A stretch of DNA of 64,000 nt from Eledone cirrhosa (GCA_964016885.1 OZ024742.1:186001-250000), one strand, 5' to 3'. Positions 26,872 to 37,354 are shown, numbered from the stretch's first letter. The notes: a model not told the origin generated them from the sequence alone. Numbers and translations: made by a program.

Positions 26872-27054
26872 AAGGGCGGTGGATTGGCAGTATCAGTAAA
26901 GCGTTGGACTCCATGGTTTGTAGCATGGAGTTACGCCCCTTTATGATCTGAGTTCAAATCCCGCCGAGGTTAACTTTGCCTTTCATCCTTAAAATAAAGT
27001 ACCAGTAATATACTGGGGTAATTGCTGGCCTTGTGCCAAAAGTAGAAACAATTA
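26872..27054 (+). mobile_element. tRNA-derived SINE, family A
   Basis: Full head AGGGCGGTGGATTGGCAGTATC, B-box GAGTTCAAATCC, 3' end GTAGAAACAATTAT; small internal deletion. Confidence 0.88.
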
Positions 27055-27137
27055 TCAAATTTTGCCTCCTCAGGTGTCAGATTGACTCAGGATGATTTGG
27101 AAAAGAAGCATCTTTTCAGAATTGATAAATAAAAAAC

Positions 27138-27822
27138 CAGTCTTATGTAGGGGATCAACAGAACTACCAGAGTATCAGATCAGTCTTATGTAGGGGATCA
27201 ACAGAACTGCTGGAGTATCAGACCAGTCTTATGTAGGGGATCAACAGAACTACCAGAGTATCAGATCAGTCTTATGTAGGGGATCAACAGAACTGCTGGA
27301 GTATCAGACCAGTCTTATGTAGGGGATCAACAGAACTGCTGGAGTATCAGACCAGTCTTATGTAGGGGATCAACAGAACTACCAGAGTATCAGATCAGTC
27401 TTATGTAGGGGATCAACAGAACTACCAGAGTATCAGATCAGTCTTATGTAGGGGATCAACAGAACTACCAGAGTATCAGATCAGTCTTATGTAGGGGATC
27501 AACAGAACTACCAGAGTATCAGATCAGTCTTATGTAGGGGATCAACAGAACTGCTGGAGTATCAGACCAGTCTTATGTAGGGGATCAACAGAACTGCTGG
27601 AGTATCAGACCAGTCTTATGTAGGGGATCAACAGAACTACCAGAGTATCAGATCAGTCTTATGTAGGGGATCAACAGAACTACCAGAGTATCAGATCAGT
27701 CTTATGTAGGGGATCAACAGAACTACCAGAGTATCAGATCAGTCTTATGTAGGGGATCAACAGAACTGCTGGAGTATCAGACCAGTCTTATGTGGGGGAT
27801 AAACAGAACTGCTGGAGTATAA
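27138..27822. repeat. 43-bp minisatellite, about 16 copies, two linked unit variants
   Basis: CAGTCTTATGTAGGGGATCAACAGAACT[ACCAGAGTATCAGAT or GCTGGAGTATCAGAC]. Confidence 0.97.
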
Positions 27823-27869
27823 GACCTTGCAGTATTTCTTTTTGTATTCAGAGTTCAAATCTTGCCTAC

Positions 27870-28046
27870 CAGACCATCGCAGGGTTAAATTCCCTGCTAT
27901 TGCTGGTACTCATTTTTTGAGTACACTGGAACAACATGAAATGAAGTGTTTTGCTCAAGAACACAACACAGAACCCAACCCAGGAATTGAACCCACAACA
28001 TTATGGTCATAAGTTCAACACCCTTACCACTAGGCCACATGCTTCC
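27870..28046 (-). mobile_element. tRNA-derived SINE, family B (V-domain-like 3' part)
   Basis: Minus strand: A-box TGGCCTAGTGG, B-box GGGTTCAATTCC, then GTGTTCTTGAGCAAAACACTT...AACCCTGCGATGG; related copies at 42899, 46508 and 51150. Confidence 0.82.
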
Positions 28047-28068
28047 ATATATATATATATATATATAG

Positions 28069-31000
28069 CTAGCAAAATCCTTTCCTTCTTCCTTCTTCGA
28101 AGGCACGGGGCGGTCAAACGCCTAACACCCACAGCCATCATGTGGCCCCCTCCCCTCGCTCTCTCTCACTCTCTCTCTCTCTCCCTATAAATATATGATA
28201 GGAATTCACTTCGCCAAATTTCATTTCATTGCTTGCTGTCCCACGATATATTCATGTAAACGTAATGTACAGACTTCATCTCTCTCTCTCTCTCTCTCCT
28301 AGCGTATTTTCAAAACAATCCATATTTCGTATCAAGTCCAAATAGCCAATCTATCGCTAAAACAAACTACATTTTCTGTTTCTATTAATTGCTAAATACG
28401 TAGGTTTTTGGACGTATTTAACAGAACAAATTTTGTATTTTTGTTAATCGCTTGTTAAATGCATGGACCCCACTCAATCATTACCTTCTTGCTAGCTACC
28501 CAACACCCCACCCCCACACACCACCATTGCTATTACGTGGACCAATCATAAAACAGAGCCCCCACGCATCACCAGTATTATTACGCGGACCAATCAGAAA
28601 CCAGAGGCCTATACTATCGCTTGCCTGGTTGCCTTTCGATATACGATATATGATGGATGGATGGACTGCGGAATCCTGGAGAGTGGAGGTGAGAGAGAAA
28701 AATCTGGACGCTCAGCGACAATGCCAAAGATAAAGACAAATTCACCCCTTGGACGAGAATGCGAGCACTCCCCATTGTTTCGACCGCGGACGGCTAACAT
28801 AACCCCATCGCCCCCCGCCCCTCACCGCCCCCAACCCCCAAACGCAATCCAAAACTTCAGAGTTGGTACCATAAATGTAGGCACCCTAAAGGGTCGCGCT
28901 AACGAGGTTGTAGAAATGCTTGAACGTAAGGAGGTCGATGTTTGTTGTATTCAAGAGACCAGGTGGAGGGGTGGGTCTGCTAGGTTCATTGAGGGTAAAA
29001 AACGATGTTATAAGCTTTTCTGGGTGGGAAACGACGATGGGCTGGGTGGAGTAGGAATCATGGTAGCAGAAAAGTGGGCAGATAAGATAATAGACGTAAA
29101 TAGAGTGAACGACAGAATAATTAAAATACGACTTGTCCTCAATAGAACTACGGTGACAGTAATATCTGCGTACGCACCCCAATCCGGACTGCCCGGCACT
29201 ATAAAAGACAGATTCTATGAGACACTGATGCTAACTACCTCCCAAATATCCGACAGTGACTATATAATTATCGCAGGCGACCTAAATGGTCACGTTGGAC
29301 AACACTGTGACGGCTACGACGAAATCCATGGAGGCTATGGGTTTGGTTCTAGAAATGAGGAAGGCTCCAGAATCCTGGAATTCTGTGATGCAAATAACCT
29401 AACTATCTGTAACACTAACTTCAAAAAACGTGACAATCACCTGATCACCTATAGATCCGGGGAACACACAAGCCAGGTAGATTATATCCTTACCAGAAGA
29501 CGTGACAGAGTGTCTGTTGTTAACACTAAATCCCTCCCCCATGAAGAATGCACCTCCCAACATAGACTGATAATTAGCGACCTCATAGTCAGGACGAGAC
29601 GTACTCGACAACAGAAGAGGACTATCCTCAGGAGGAAAATATGGAAGCTAAAGGACCCCACAGCCAGGAATAAATTTCAAAGCATATTACTTGATGCTTT
29701 CGACAGTAAGGAAGAACATTTAGAGTCGGACAATATAGAGGGAGAGTGGGAATTTCTGAAAGCAAACCTGCTGTTGGCGACAGACGAGGTCTGTGGCTGG
29801 AGCAGGCCTGTAGGCAGGAGGAGAGTAACATGGTGGTGGAACAGTAAGGTGGAGGGGTCAATTAAGGCCAAAAAGCAGGCTTGGAAAGTATGGCGGGATG
29901 GGGGAAGTAGAGAGGACTATCAAGTGGCCAGGAGGGAAGCTAGGAGACAAGTGTACTTAGCAAGAAGGGAAGCTGAGGAAAGAAAGTTCAAGCATGTTCT
30001 ACAACGCGATGACCAAAAACGTGAGGTGTTCAGGATTGCTAGGCAATGCGTCAAGGAAAACCGTGATATTGTCGGGGAGAAGTGTGTACTAAACGACGAT
30101 GGCACACTTGCCATCACCGACGCTGATAAGAAGGTAGCTTGGAAGTGTCACTATGAAAGGCTTCTAAATGAGGAGAATAATTGGGAGAAAGGCAGTCTCC
30201 CCCATATCGACCCAATAGAGGGACCAGCAGTGTTAGTCGAGGGGAGTATAATAAGTAAGGCAATCAAGGATATGAAGACTGGTAAGGCGGCTGGGCCTTC
30301 GGAAATAGTTGCTGAGATGCTGAAGGCATCTGGCACGGTGGGACACACCATGGTCACCCGCATAGTTAACCAAGTCGTACAGAATGGGGTTGTTCCGAAG
30401 GACTGGCATAGCAGCATCATCGCTAACTGTTATAAGGGTAAAGGAGACGCCCTAGATAGGAGTAACTATAGAGGCATTAAATTAATCGACCAGGTCATGA
30501 AGGTCACGGAAAGAGTAATAGCGCAACTAATCAGAGAGAGAATTGACCTAGATGAAATGCAGTTCGGGTTTGTGTCAGGCAAAAGTACCACAGATGCTCT
30601 TTTCATAGTACGACAACTACAGGAGAAGTACCTAGCTAAAGGTAAACCCCTCTACTTAGCTTTTGTCGACTTGGAGAAAGCCTTCGACAGAGTCCCCCGC
30701 TCCATTATCTGGTGGGCTCTTAGAAAACTAGGCGTTGACGAATGGCTTGTGAGGGCTATACAAGCCATGTATAAAGAAACAGTCAGCAAGGTTAGAATTA
30801 ACAACGAATATAGTGAAGAGTTTAGCGTAAAAGTTGGCGTCCATCAGGGCTCTGTTCTCAGTCCACTACTATTTATTATTGCCCTTCAGGCTATAACAGA
30901 GGAGTTCAAGACAGGCTGCCCATGGGAACTCCTATACGCAGACGACCTGACACTCATAGCGGAATCAATGGCCGAGCTAGAGAAGAAATTCCAAACATGG

Positions 31001-32288
31001 AAGCACGGCCTAGAGTCAAAAGGACTTAAAATTAACCTGGCTAAGACCAAAGTACTAGTTTGTAGGAAAGAAAACAAGGCGGCGGTCCCTTCTGGGAAAT
31101 GGTCGTGCTCGGTGTGTAGGAAAGGCGTAGGTAGAAACTCCATTTTATGTCCTAAATGCAAAGTATGGGTGCATAAAAGATGTAGTGGGATCACAGGTAA
31201 GCTAACTAAGAACATAGATTTTACATGTGGCCGGTGCTCTGGTGCAATAAGTAGCAGCAAGTGCCCACAAACTACTAGCTCTTTCAATTGCGCAGAGGGT
31301 TCTATAGAAATAGTGGACAGCTTCCGTTACCTGGGCGATAAAATCAGCAGTGGGGGAGGGTGCTCTGAAAGTACTGTAGCTAGAGTCAGAACTGGTTGGA
31401 AAAAGTTCAGAGAGCTTATACCACTATTAGCTGCTAAAGGGTTCTCACTAAAAATGAAAGGCAGGTTGTACGATGCCTGCATACGAACAGCAATGCTGCA
31501 TGGCAGTGAGACCTGGGCATTGTGTGCAGAGGATATACGCAGACTAGAGAGGAACGAAGCTTGCATGCTCCGCTGGATGTGTAACAGTAATATACGTGAA
31601 CGGCAAAGCATAAACGAACTAAGGAAAAAATTAGAGATAAGAGGGATCAGATGTTGTTTACTCGAGAGAAGGCTACGTTGGTATGGACACGTGATGCGCA
31701 TGAAAGTCGATAGCTGTATAACAAAGTGCAGGGCAATAAAGATAGACGGTAGTCACGGAATAGGCAGACCTAGAAAAACCTGGGACGAGCTGATAAACTC
31801 CGACATCACACACTTACACCTCTCCAAGACAATGTCACTGGACCGAGACCTTTGGCGGTACTCAGTAACAGAGAAGACCCGCCTTACCTAAATATATAGT
31901 AAAACCTACTCCAGCCAGTAGGCATCTCTAACAAAATACACCCCGTCCCACCACCACCACCCCCACCCCATCCACACCACCCCGTTCTATGTAAAGTTAT
32001 GTTGGTGCCGCGCCATCGAGGCCGAAACAAATGAGGTCGTGTAGGTGTCACGACAAAAAAACACACAGTCCACGCTGTAATGTGGCCGTGTAGGCAACAC
32101 GGTAAAAACCTCCCAGACCCACACTGTAAATGTGGTTGGTGTTAGGAAGGGCATCCAACTGTAGAAAACCTGCCAGACAGTCCTATGCGAGCAAGACAAT
32201 CACTCTTGCCTCAAGTGGGACTACCCCCGTCCAAACCCATGCAAGCGTGGAACACGGACGTTAAACGTTGATGATGATGATGATGATG
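28069..32288 (+). mobile_element. Full-length, apparently intact RTE-clade LINE (about 4.2 kb)
   Basis: About 590-bp 5' UTR, single APE-RT ORF, about 400-bp 3' UTR ending in a stem-loop and (GAT)n tail; ATATATATATAG on both sides (28057-28068, 32289-32300) as the likely TSD. Confidence 0.92.
28661..31891 (+). CDS. RTE LINE ORF: APE endonuclease plus reverse transcriptase with an embedded PHD-type zinc finger (1076 aa)
   Basis: APE motifs GTINVGTL, CIQETRW, SAYAPQ, AGDLNGH, QVDYIL, SQHRL; RT motifs NYRGIKL, QFGF, FVDLEKAFD, GVHQGSVLSP, YADD, FRYLG; no stops. The start could instead be the ATG at 28721. Confidence 0.96.
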   Translation: MDCGILESGGEREKSGRSATMPKIKTNSPLGRECEHSPLFRPRTANITPSPPAPHRPQPPNAIQNFRVGTINVGTLKGRANEVVEMLERKEVDVCCIQETRWRGGSARFIEGKKRCYKLFWVGNDDGLGGVGIMVAEKWADKIIDVNRVNDRIIKIRLVLNRTTVTVISAYAPQSGLPGTIKDRFYETLMLTTSQISDSDYIIIAGDLNGHVGQHCDGYDEIHGGYGFGSRNEEGSRILEFCDANNLTICNTNFKKRDNHLITYRSGEHTSQVDYILTRRRDRVSVVNTKSLPHEECTSQHRLIISDLIVRTRRTRQQKRTILRRKIWKLKDPTARNKFQSILLDAFDSKEEHLESDNIEGEWEFLKANLLLATDEVCGWSRPVGRRRVTWWWNSKVEGSIKAKKQAWKVWRDGGSREDYQVARREARRQVYLARREAEERKFKHVLQRDDQKREVFRIARQCVKENRDIVGEKCVLNDDGTLAITDADKKVAWKCHYERLLNEENNWEKGSLPHIDPIEGPAVLVEGSIISKAIKDMKTGKAAGPSEIVAEMLKASGTVGHTMVTRIVNQVVQNGVVPKDWHSSIIANCYKGKGDALDRSNYRGIKLIDQVMKVTERVIAQLIRERIDLDEMQFGFVSGKSTTDALFIVRQLQEKYLAKGKPLYLAFVDLEKAFDRVPRSIIWWALRKLGVDEWLVRAIQAMYKETVSKVRINNEYSEEFSVKVGVHQGSVLSPLLFIIALQAITEEFKTGCPWELLYADDLTLIAESMAELEKKFQTWKHGLESKGLKINLAKTKVLVCRKENKAAVPSGKWSCSVCRKGVGRNSILCPKCKVWVHKRCSGITGKLTKNIDFTCGRCSGAISSSKCPQTTSSFNCAEGSIEIVDSFRYLGDKISSGGGCSESTVARVRTGWKKFRELIPLLAAKGFSLKMKGRLYDACIRTAMLHGSETWALCAEDIRRLERNEACMLRWMCNSNIRERQSINELRKKLEIRGIRCCLLERRLRWYGHVMRMKVDSCITKCRAIKIDGSHGIGRPRKTWDELINSDITHLHLSKTMSLDRDLWRYSVTEKTRLT

Positions 32289-32290
32289 AT

Positions 32291-32738
32291 ATATATATAG
32301 AAAAGCAAGTCGGTCTGTGTGTGTGTCTGTGTGTACAAATACTAGGCTCCTTTTAACTTTTGAAGTACTAGGCCGATTTGCTTCAAGGAATGATATTTCT
32401 ATGTCCAGTGGATGGTCAACATGGTAGTGGCAGTGCCATCTTACGCATAGGGTTTAGTCTACTGAAGGACATACGGTGTATCTATTCCATCTTTATCCCC
32501 TTACTCATACCTACTACAGCAAGGCCGGACCTGAAATCATTCACGTCAATTAACTCAAGCTACCCCATGAATTGTTTTTATGTTGCCATTTATTTCACTC
32601 AATCATGTCACTGTACACCCATTTTGTTAAACTTCTTTTTACAATTACATTTCAATTCTTTGCTCAACCTTTGGCTCTCTTTATACAGACAAACAGGCTG
32701 TCATTCATTTCCCGAGCAACGCCGGGTACATCTGCTAG
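32291..32738 (+). mobile_element. Non-autonomous Helitron (5' TA tract interrupted by the LINE)
   Basis: Canonical 3' end: hairpin CCCG-agcaacgc-CGGG, 8-nt spacer, CTAG followed by T (32711-32739); 5' part has (TA)n-GAAAAG and a GTCT/GT microsatellite typical of such elements. Confidence 0.8.
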
Positions 32739-32749
32739 TATATATATAT

Positions 32750-32940
32750 GAAAAGAGTCAGGACCCCAACAGCTGAGCTCCGGCTGTTTCGACAGCTAGA
32801 TCCGAACTAGCTATCAAAACGGCCAGAGCTCAGCCGTCGGGGTCCTGACTCTTTTCCTATTACCCACTCTACTACTCAAAGTATCGAGTACTCTGGTACG
32901 TTATGGTCCACCTGGTTTCTTACCACACCTTCTTTGTTAT
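32750..32940. repeat. Fold-back element: 50-bp inverted arms with a 7-nt loop plus about 85-bp tail, flanked by (TA)n
   Basis: Arms 32750-32799 and 32807-32856 match at 44 of 50 positions. Confidence 0.9.
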
Positions 32941-33224
32941 ATATATATAACAAATGATTGGACTGGGGTACTGTGTATATAATATATAATAAATAATATA
33001 ATATATAATAAGAGCAACTGATCATTTGAAATGAGAGAGCCTAGTTGACAATACACTAAATGGTCTCAGGAAAATTTAAGTCTAAGCTAATATGAAATTG
33101 TACTAAATGTTTAAACTGATAATTTTTAGATTAGAAATTTAGTTTAATGGAAAATATTGATATCAGAGTTAAGATTATGAAGACAATAATTACTGTTTTG
33201 TTTCCATGTTATACTACAAAATAT

Positions 33225-33410
33225 ATTGCAGCACCCAGTCCACTCTGTAAGGTGGTTGTACTGGTGCTGTAACAAAAGACACCCAGTCCACCCTGTATTA
33301 AGAGGGGTGTCTCGCTGTAAAAAAATTCAATCTTAAAAAGATAACTTGTCTAACCCATGCAAGCATGGGAAATGGACATTGAATAGTAGCAATGATGACA
33401 ATGATGATGA
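33225..33410 (+). mobile_element. Degenerate RTE 3'-tail copy
   Basis: CACCCAGTCCACTCTGTAA...AACCCATGCAAGCATGG...(GAT)n, homologous to the LINE 3' UTR. Confidence 0.7.
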
Positions 33411-33802
33411 TTTTAATTGACACTTTAAGTATGTTTACATCATTAGTAAATAGGGTGTGGCTATACATATATTCTATAGTACAGTATATATACAGGCAAG
33501 ATGTTTATATTTGTCTATATAAATATATAGTGTTAGTTAACATCTATACATATATTATATATATATATCCAAAATTAAATGAAAGGTGTCATGTCCGAGA
33601 GACATGCTCCATATCCACTGTACTAGTTAAACTTTAATTGGTTACCTACCTAGCTGTGTGTGCTGAGAAATTATTCCCTGTGATTGTTTCATATGTTTAT
33701 TTTATATATATATGTCAATCAATTTCTAGTTGATATATTATATCTATATATATATTATATATATACAGTGTTAGTTAATATCTATACATATATTATATAT
33801 AT

Positions 33803-35994
33803 ATCATCATCATCATCGTTTAACGTCTATCTTCCACGCTTGCATGGGTTTGGACGGGAATTTTCCCACTTGAGACAAGATTGGTTGTCTTGCTCGCATA
33901 GGACTGTCTGGTGGGTTTTCTACAGCTGGATGCCCTTCCTAACACCAACCACATTTACAGTGTGGACTGGGAGGTTTTTACCGTGTTACCTACACGGCCA
34001 CATTACAGCGTGGACTGTGTGTTTTTTTGTTGTGATACCTACACAACCTCATTTATTTCGGACTGGATGTTGTGGTACCAACATAACTTTACATTGAAAG
34101 GTGTGGGGGTAGTGGGACGGAGGGTGTATTTTTGTTAGAGGTGCCTGCTGACTGTAGGTTTCGCTTTGTACTTAGGCAAGGCGGGTCTTCTGTATGACTG
34201 TGTAGTGCCAAAGATCTCGGTCCAGTGACATTGTCTTGGAGAGGTGTAAGTGTGTAAGGTCAGAATTTATCAAGTCGTCCCAGGTTTTTCTGGGTCTGCC
34301 TACTCTGTGGCTACCGTCTATTTTTATCGCCCTGCACTTTTTTATACAGCTGTCATCTTTCATGCGCATCACGTGACCTTACCAACGTAGTCTTCTCTCA
34401 AGTAAACAACATCTGATCCCTCTTATTCCTAATTTCTCCCTTAGTTCGTTTATGCTTTGCCATTCACGTATATTACTATTACACATCAAGCGGAGCATGC
34501 AAGCTTCGTTCTTCTCCAGTCTGCGTATATCCTCTGTACACAATGCCCAAGTCTCACTGCCATGTAACATTGCTGTTCGTATGCAGGCATCATACAGCCT
34601 GCCTTTCATTTTTAGAGAGAACCCTTTAGCGGCCAATAGTGGTATAAGCTTTCTGAACTTTTTCCACCCAGTTCTGACTCTAGCTACTGTACTTTCAGAG
34701 CACCCTCCACCACTGCTGATTTTGTCACCCAGGTAACGGAAGGTGTCCACTATTTCTATAGAACCATCTGTGCAATGGAACGAGCTAGTATTCTGTGGGC
34801 ACTTGCTGCTACTTATTGCACCTGAGCACCGGCCACATATAAAATCTATATTCTTAGTTAGCTTACCTGTGATCCCACTACATCTTTTATGCACCCATAC
34901 TTTGCATTTGGGACATAAAATGGAGTTTCTGCCTACTCCTTTCCTACACACTGAGCATGGCCATTTCCCAGATGGGACCGGTGCCCTATTTTCCTTCCTA
35001 CAAACTAGAACTTTAGTCTTAGACAGGTTAATTTTAAGGCCTTTTGATTCTAGGCCATGCTTCCATGTTTGAAATTTCTTCTTTAGTTCAGCCATTGATT
35101 CAGCTATGAGCGTTAGATCATCTGCGTATAGGAGTTCCCATGGGCAGCCGGTCTTGAACTCCTCTATTATACCCTGAAGGGCAATAATAAATAGTAGGGG
35201 GCTAAGAACGGAGCCCTGATGAACACCAACTTTGACGCTAAACTCTTCACTATATTCGTTGTTAATTCTAACCTTGCTGACTGTTTCTTTATACATGGCT
35301 TGTATAGCTCTCACAAGTCATTCATCAACACCTAGTTTTCTAAGAGCCCACCAGATAATGGAGCGGGGGGGACTGTCAAAGGCTTTCTCCAAGTCAACAA
35401 AAGCTAAGTATTGGGGTTTACTTTTAGCTAGGTACTTCTCCTGTAGTTGTCGTACAATGAAAAGAACGTCTGTGGTACTTTTACCTGACACAAACCCAAA
35501 CTGCATTTCATCTAGATCAATTCGCTCTCTGATTAGTTGCGCTATTACTTTTTCTGTGACCTTCATGACCTGGTCGATTAATTTAATGCCTCTATAGTTA
35601 CCCCTATCTAGGGCATCTCCTTTACCCTTGTAGCAGTTAATGATGATGCTGCTATGCCAGTCCTTCGGAATGACCCCATTCTGTATGACTTGGTTTACTA
35701 TCCGGGTGACCATAGTGTGTCCCACCGTTCCAGATGCTTTCAGCATTTCAGCAACTATTTCCGAAGGCCCAGCTGCCTTACCTGTCTTCATATCTTTGAT
35801 TGCCTTACTTATTATACTACCTTCAACTTGCACTGCTGGTCCCTCTATTGGGTCGATGTGGGGGAGACTGTCTTTCTCCCAATTATTCTCCTCATTTAGT
35901 AGCCTTTCGTAGTGACACTTCCAAGCTACCTTATCAGCGTCAGTGATGGCAAGTACACCATCATCATTAAGGACACACTTCTCCCCGCCAATAT
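33803..35994 (-). mobile_element. 5'-truncated, inactivated copy of the PHD-RT RTE LINE
   Basis: ORF pieces 35318-35990, 34379-35314 and 34172-34372 align to the 28661 protein, broken by stops at 35318 and 34379; (ATC)n tail at 33803; ATATATTATATATATAT on both sides. Confidence 0.95.
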
Positions 35995-36010
35995 ATATAT
36001 TATATATATA

Positions 36011-36260
36011 TATCATCACCACCATTTTACATCCGTTCTTCCACGCTAGCATGGGTTAGACGGGTTGTCGGCTGACCCTGTCTTGCTCATACGGGAACTG
36101 ACGCCAACCTTATTTATAGTGAGTGCTGGGTGCTTTTTTTTCTGTGGTGCCTACACAACCACTTTGCAGTGGGTGGGGGTGGGGGGTATATTGTCTATAT
36201 GCTTCAGCTTCGGCTTGTACCCGTGGGGGTTCGGGTCTTCTGTATTATTGCATGACGCCA
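36011..36260 (-). mobile_element. Short RTE 3'-end copy (related subfamily)
   Basis: CATCACCACC tail, CCACGCTAGCATGGGTT stem-loop and ORF-end homology CGGGTCTTCTGTATT; similar to 36858-37206. Confidence 0.8.
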
Positions 36261-36857
36261 GAATATATATATATATATATACATAAGATATATATATATA
36301 TATCTGTCTATACAGTGTTGGTTAAAATCTCTATATATATTCTGTAAAATATTGTAACATTGAGAAATGACAGTTATTATACCAGAATAGTTATCGATCG
36401 AAACAGCTAGTAGCAACATAGTCTATTTAATTTAACTTAAGCCCTAAATAACAGTGGATCTGTAAACACTGTCTCGGTGGACAGTTTCAGTAAATGCCGA
36501 GTTGCTGATGAAATCCCAATGCCTGATTCCTCTTTATTTGTCCAAAAGGATATTGTATATGGAGACAGGCCATTTACACTGGTCTATACATATAATGGTT
36601 TCTTAATTAAATCTGTCTATATATTATCATCATCATCATCATCATATATGTATATAATGTATAAATATATTCTATAGTACATTATACAGCCCCGAAACAA
36701 GTAAAATGTTATATCTTTAAGTTAAAATAACAAGCTTCAATTGTTCCACCCCACAATTAACTGAGATAATTTGAAGCATTGAACCAGAAAACAGGGTTTG
36801 GAGGTGTAGGACATTTCTTTGGGGTAGCTTAATATTGAAGATTCACATGTAAACTGT

Positions 36858-37206
36858 ATCATCGTCATCATCACCGTTTTACGTCTGTTCTTCCACGCTA
36901 GCATGGGTTAGATGGGTTGTCCTGTTGTAGGCAGTGTCCAGTCGGCTGACCTTGTCTTGCTCATACGGGAACTGATTCTGGCTTGATTTCTACAGCTGGA
37001 TGCCCTTCCTAACACCAACCTCATTTACAGTGAGTGCTGGGTGCTTTTTTGCTGTGGCACCTCCATGACCACTTTGCAATGGGAGGAGGTGGGGGCATAT
37101 TGTCTATATGCTTCAGCTTCAGCTTGTTCCTGTTGGAAGTCGGGTCTTCTGTATTACTGTGCGACGCCAGAGGTCACAGTCGTGTGTCATCGCCTTTGAG
37201 AGGTAG
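36858..37206 (-). mobile_element. Short RTE 3'-end copy (related subfamily) just downstream of the TRIM stop codon
   Basis: (ATC)n tail, stem-loop, TTCTACAGCTGGATGCCCTTCCTAACACC segment and last codons of the ORF. Confidence 0.82.
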
Positions 37207-37354
37207 AATTGTATACAACATATAATTGCTAAAATATATGGCTATTAAATTAAAGAAAAAGATAAGTAAATAAAACCTTTGCAAAAAAAAATGACAAAAC
37301 AATAAAATAAAAAAAAATAAAACAATAAATAGAAATAAAATGTCCGACTAACCT

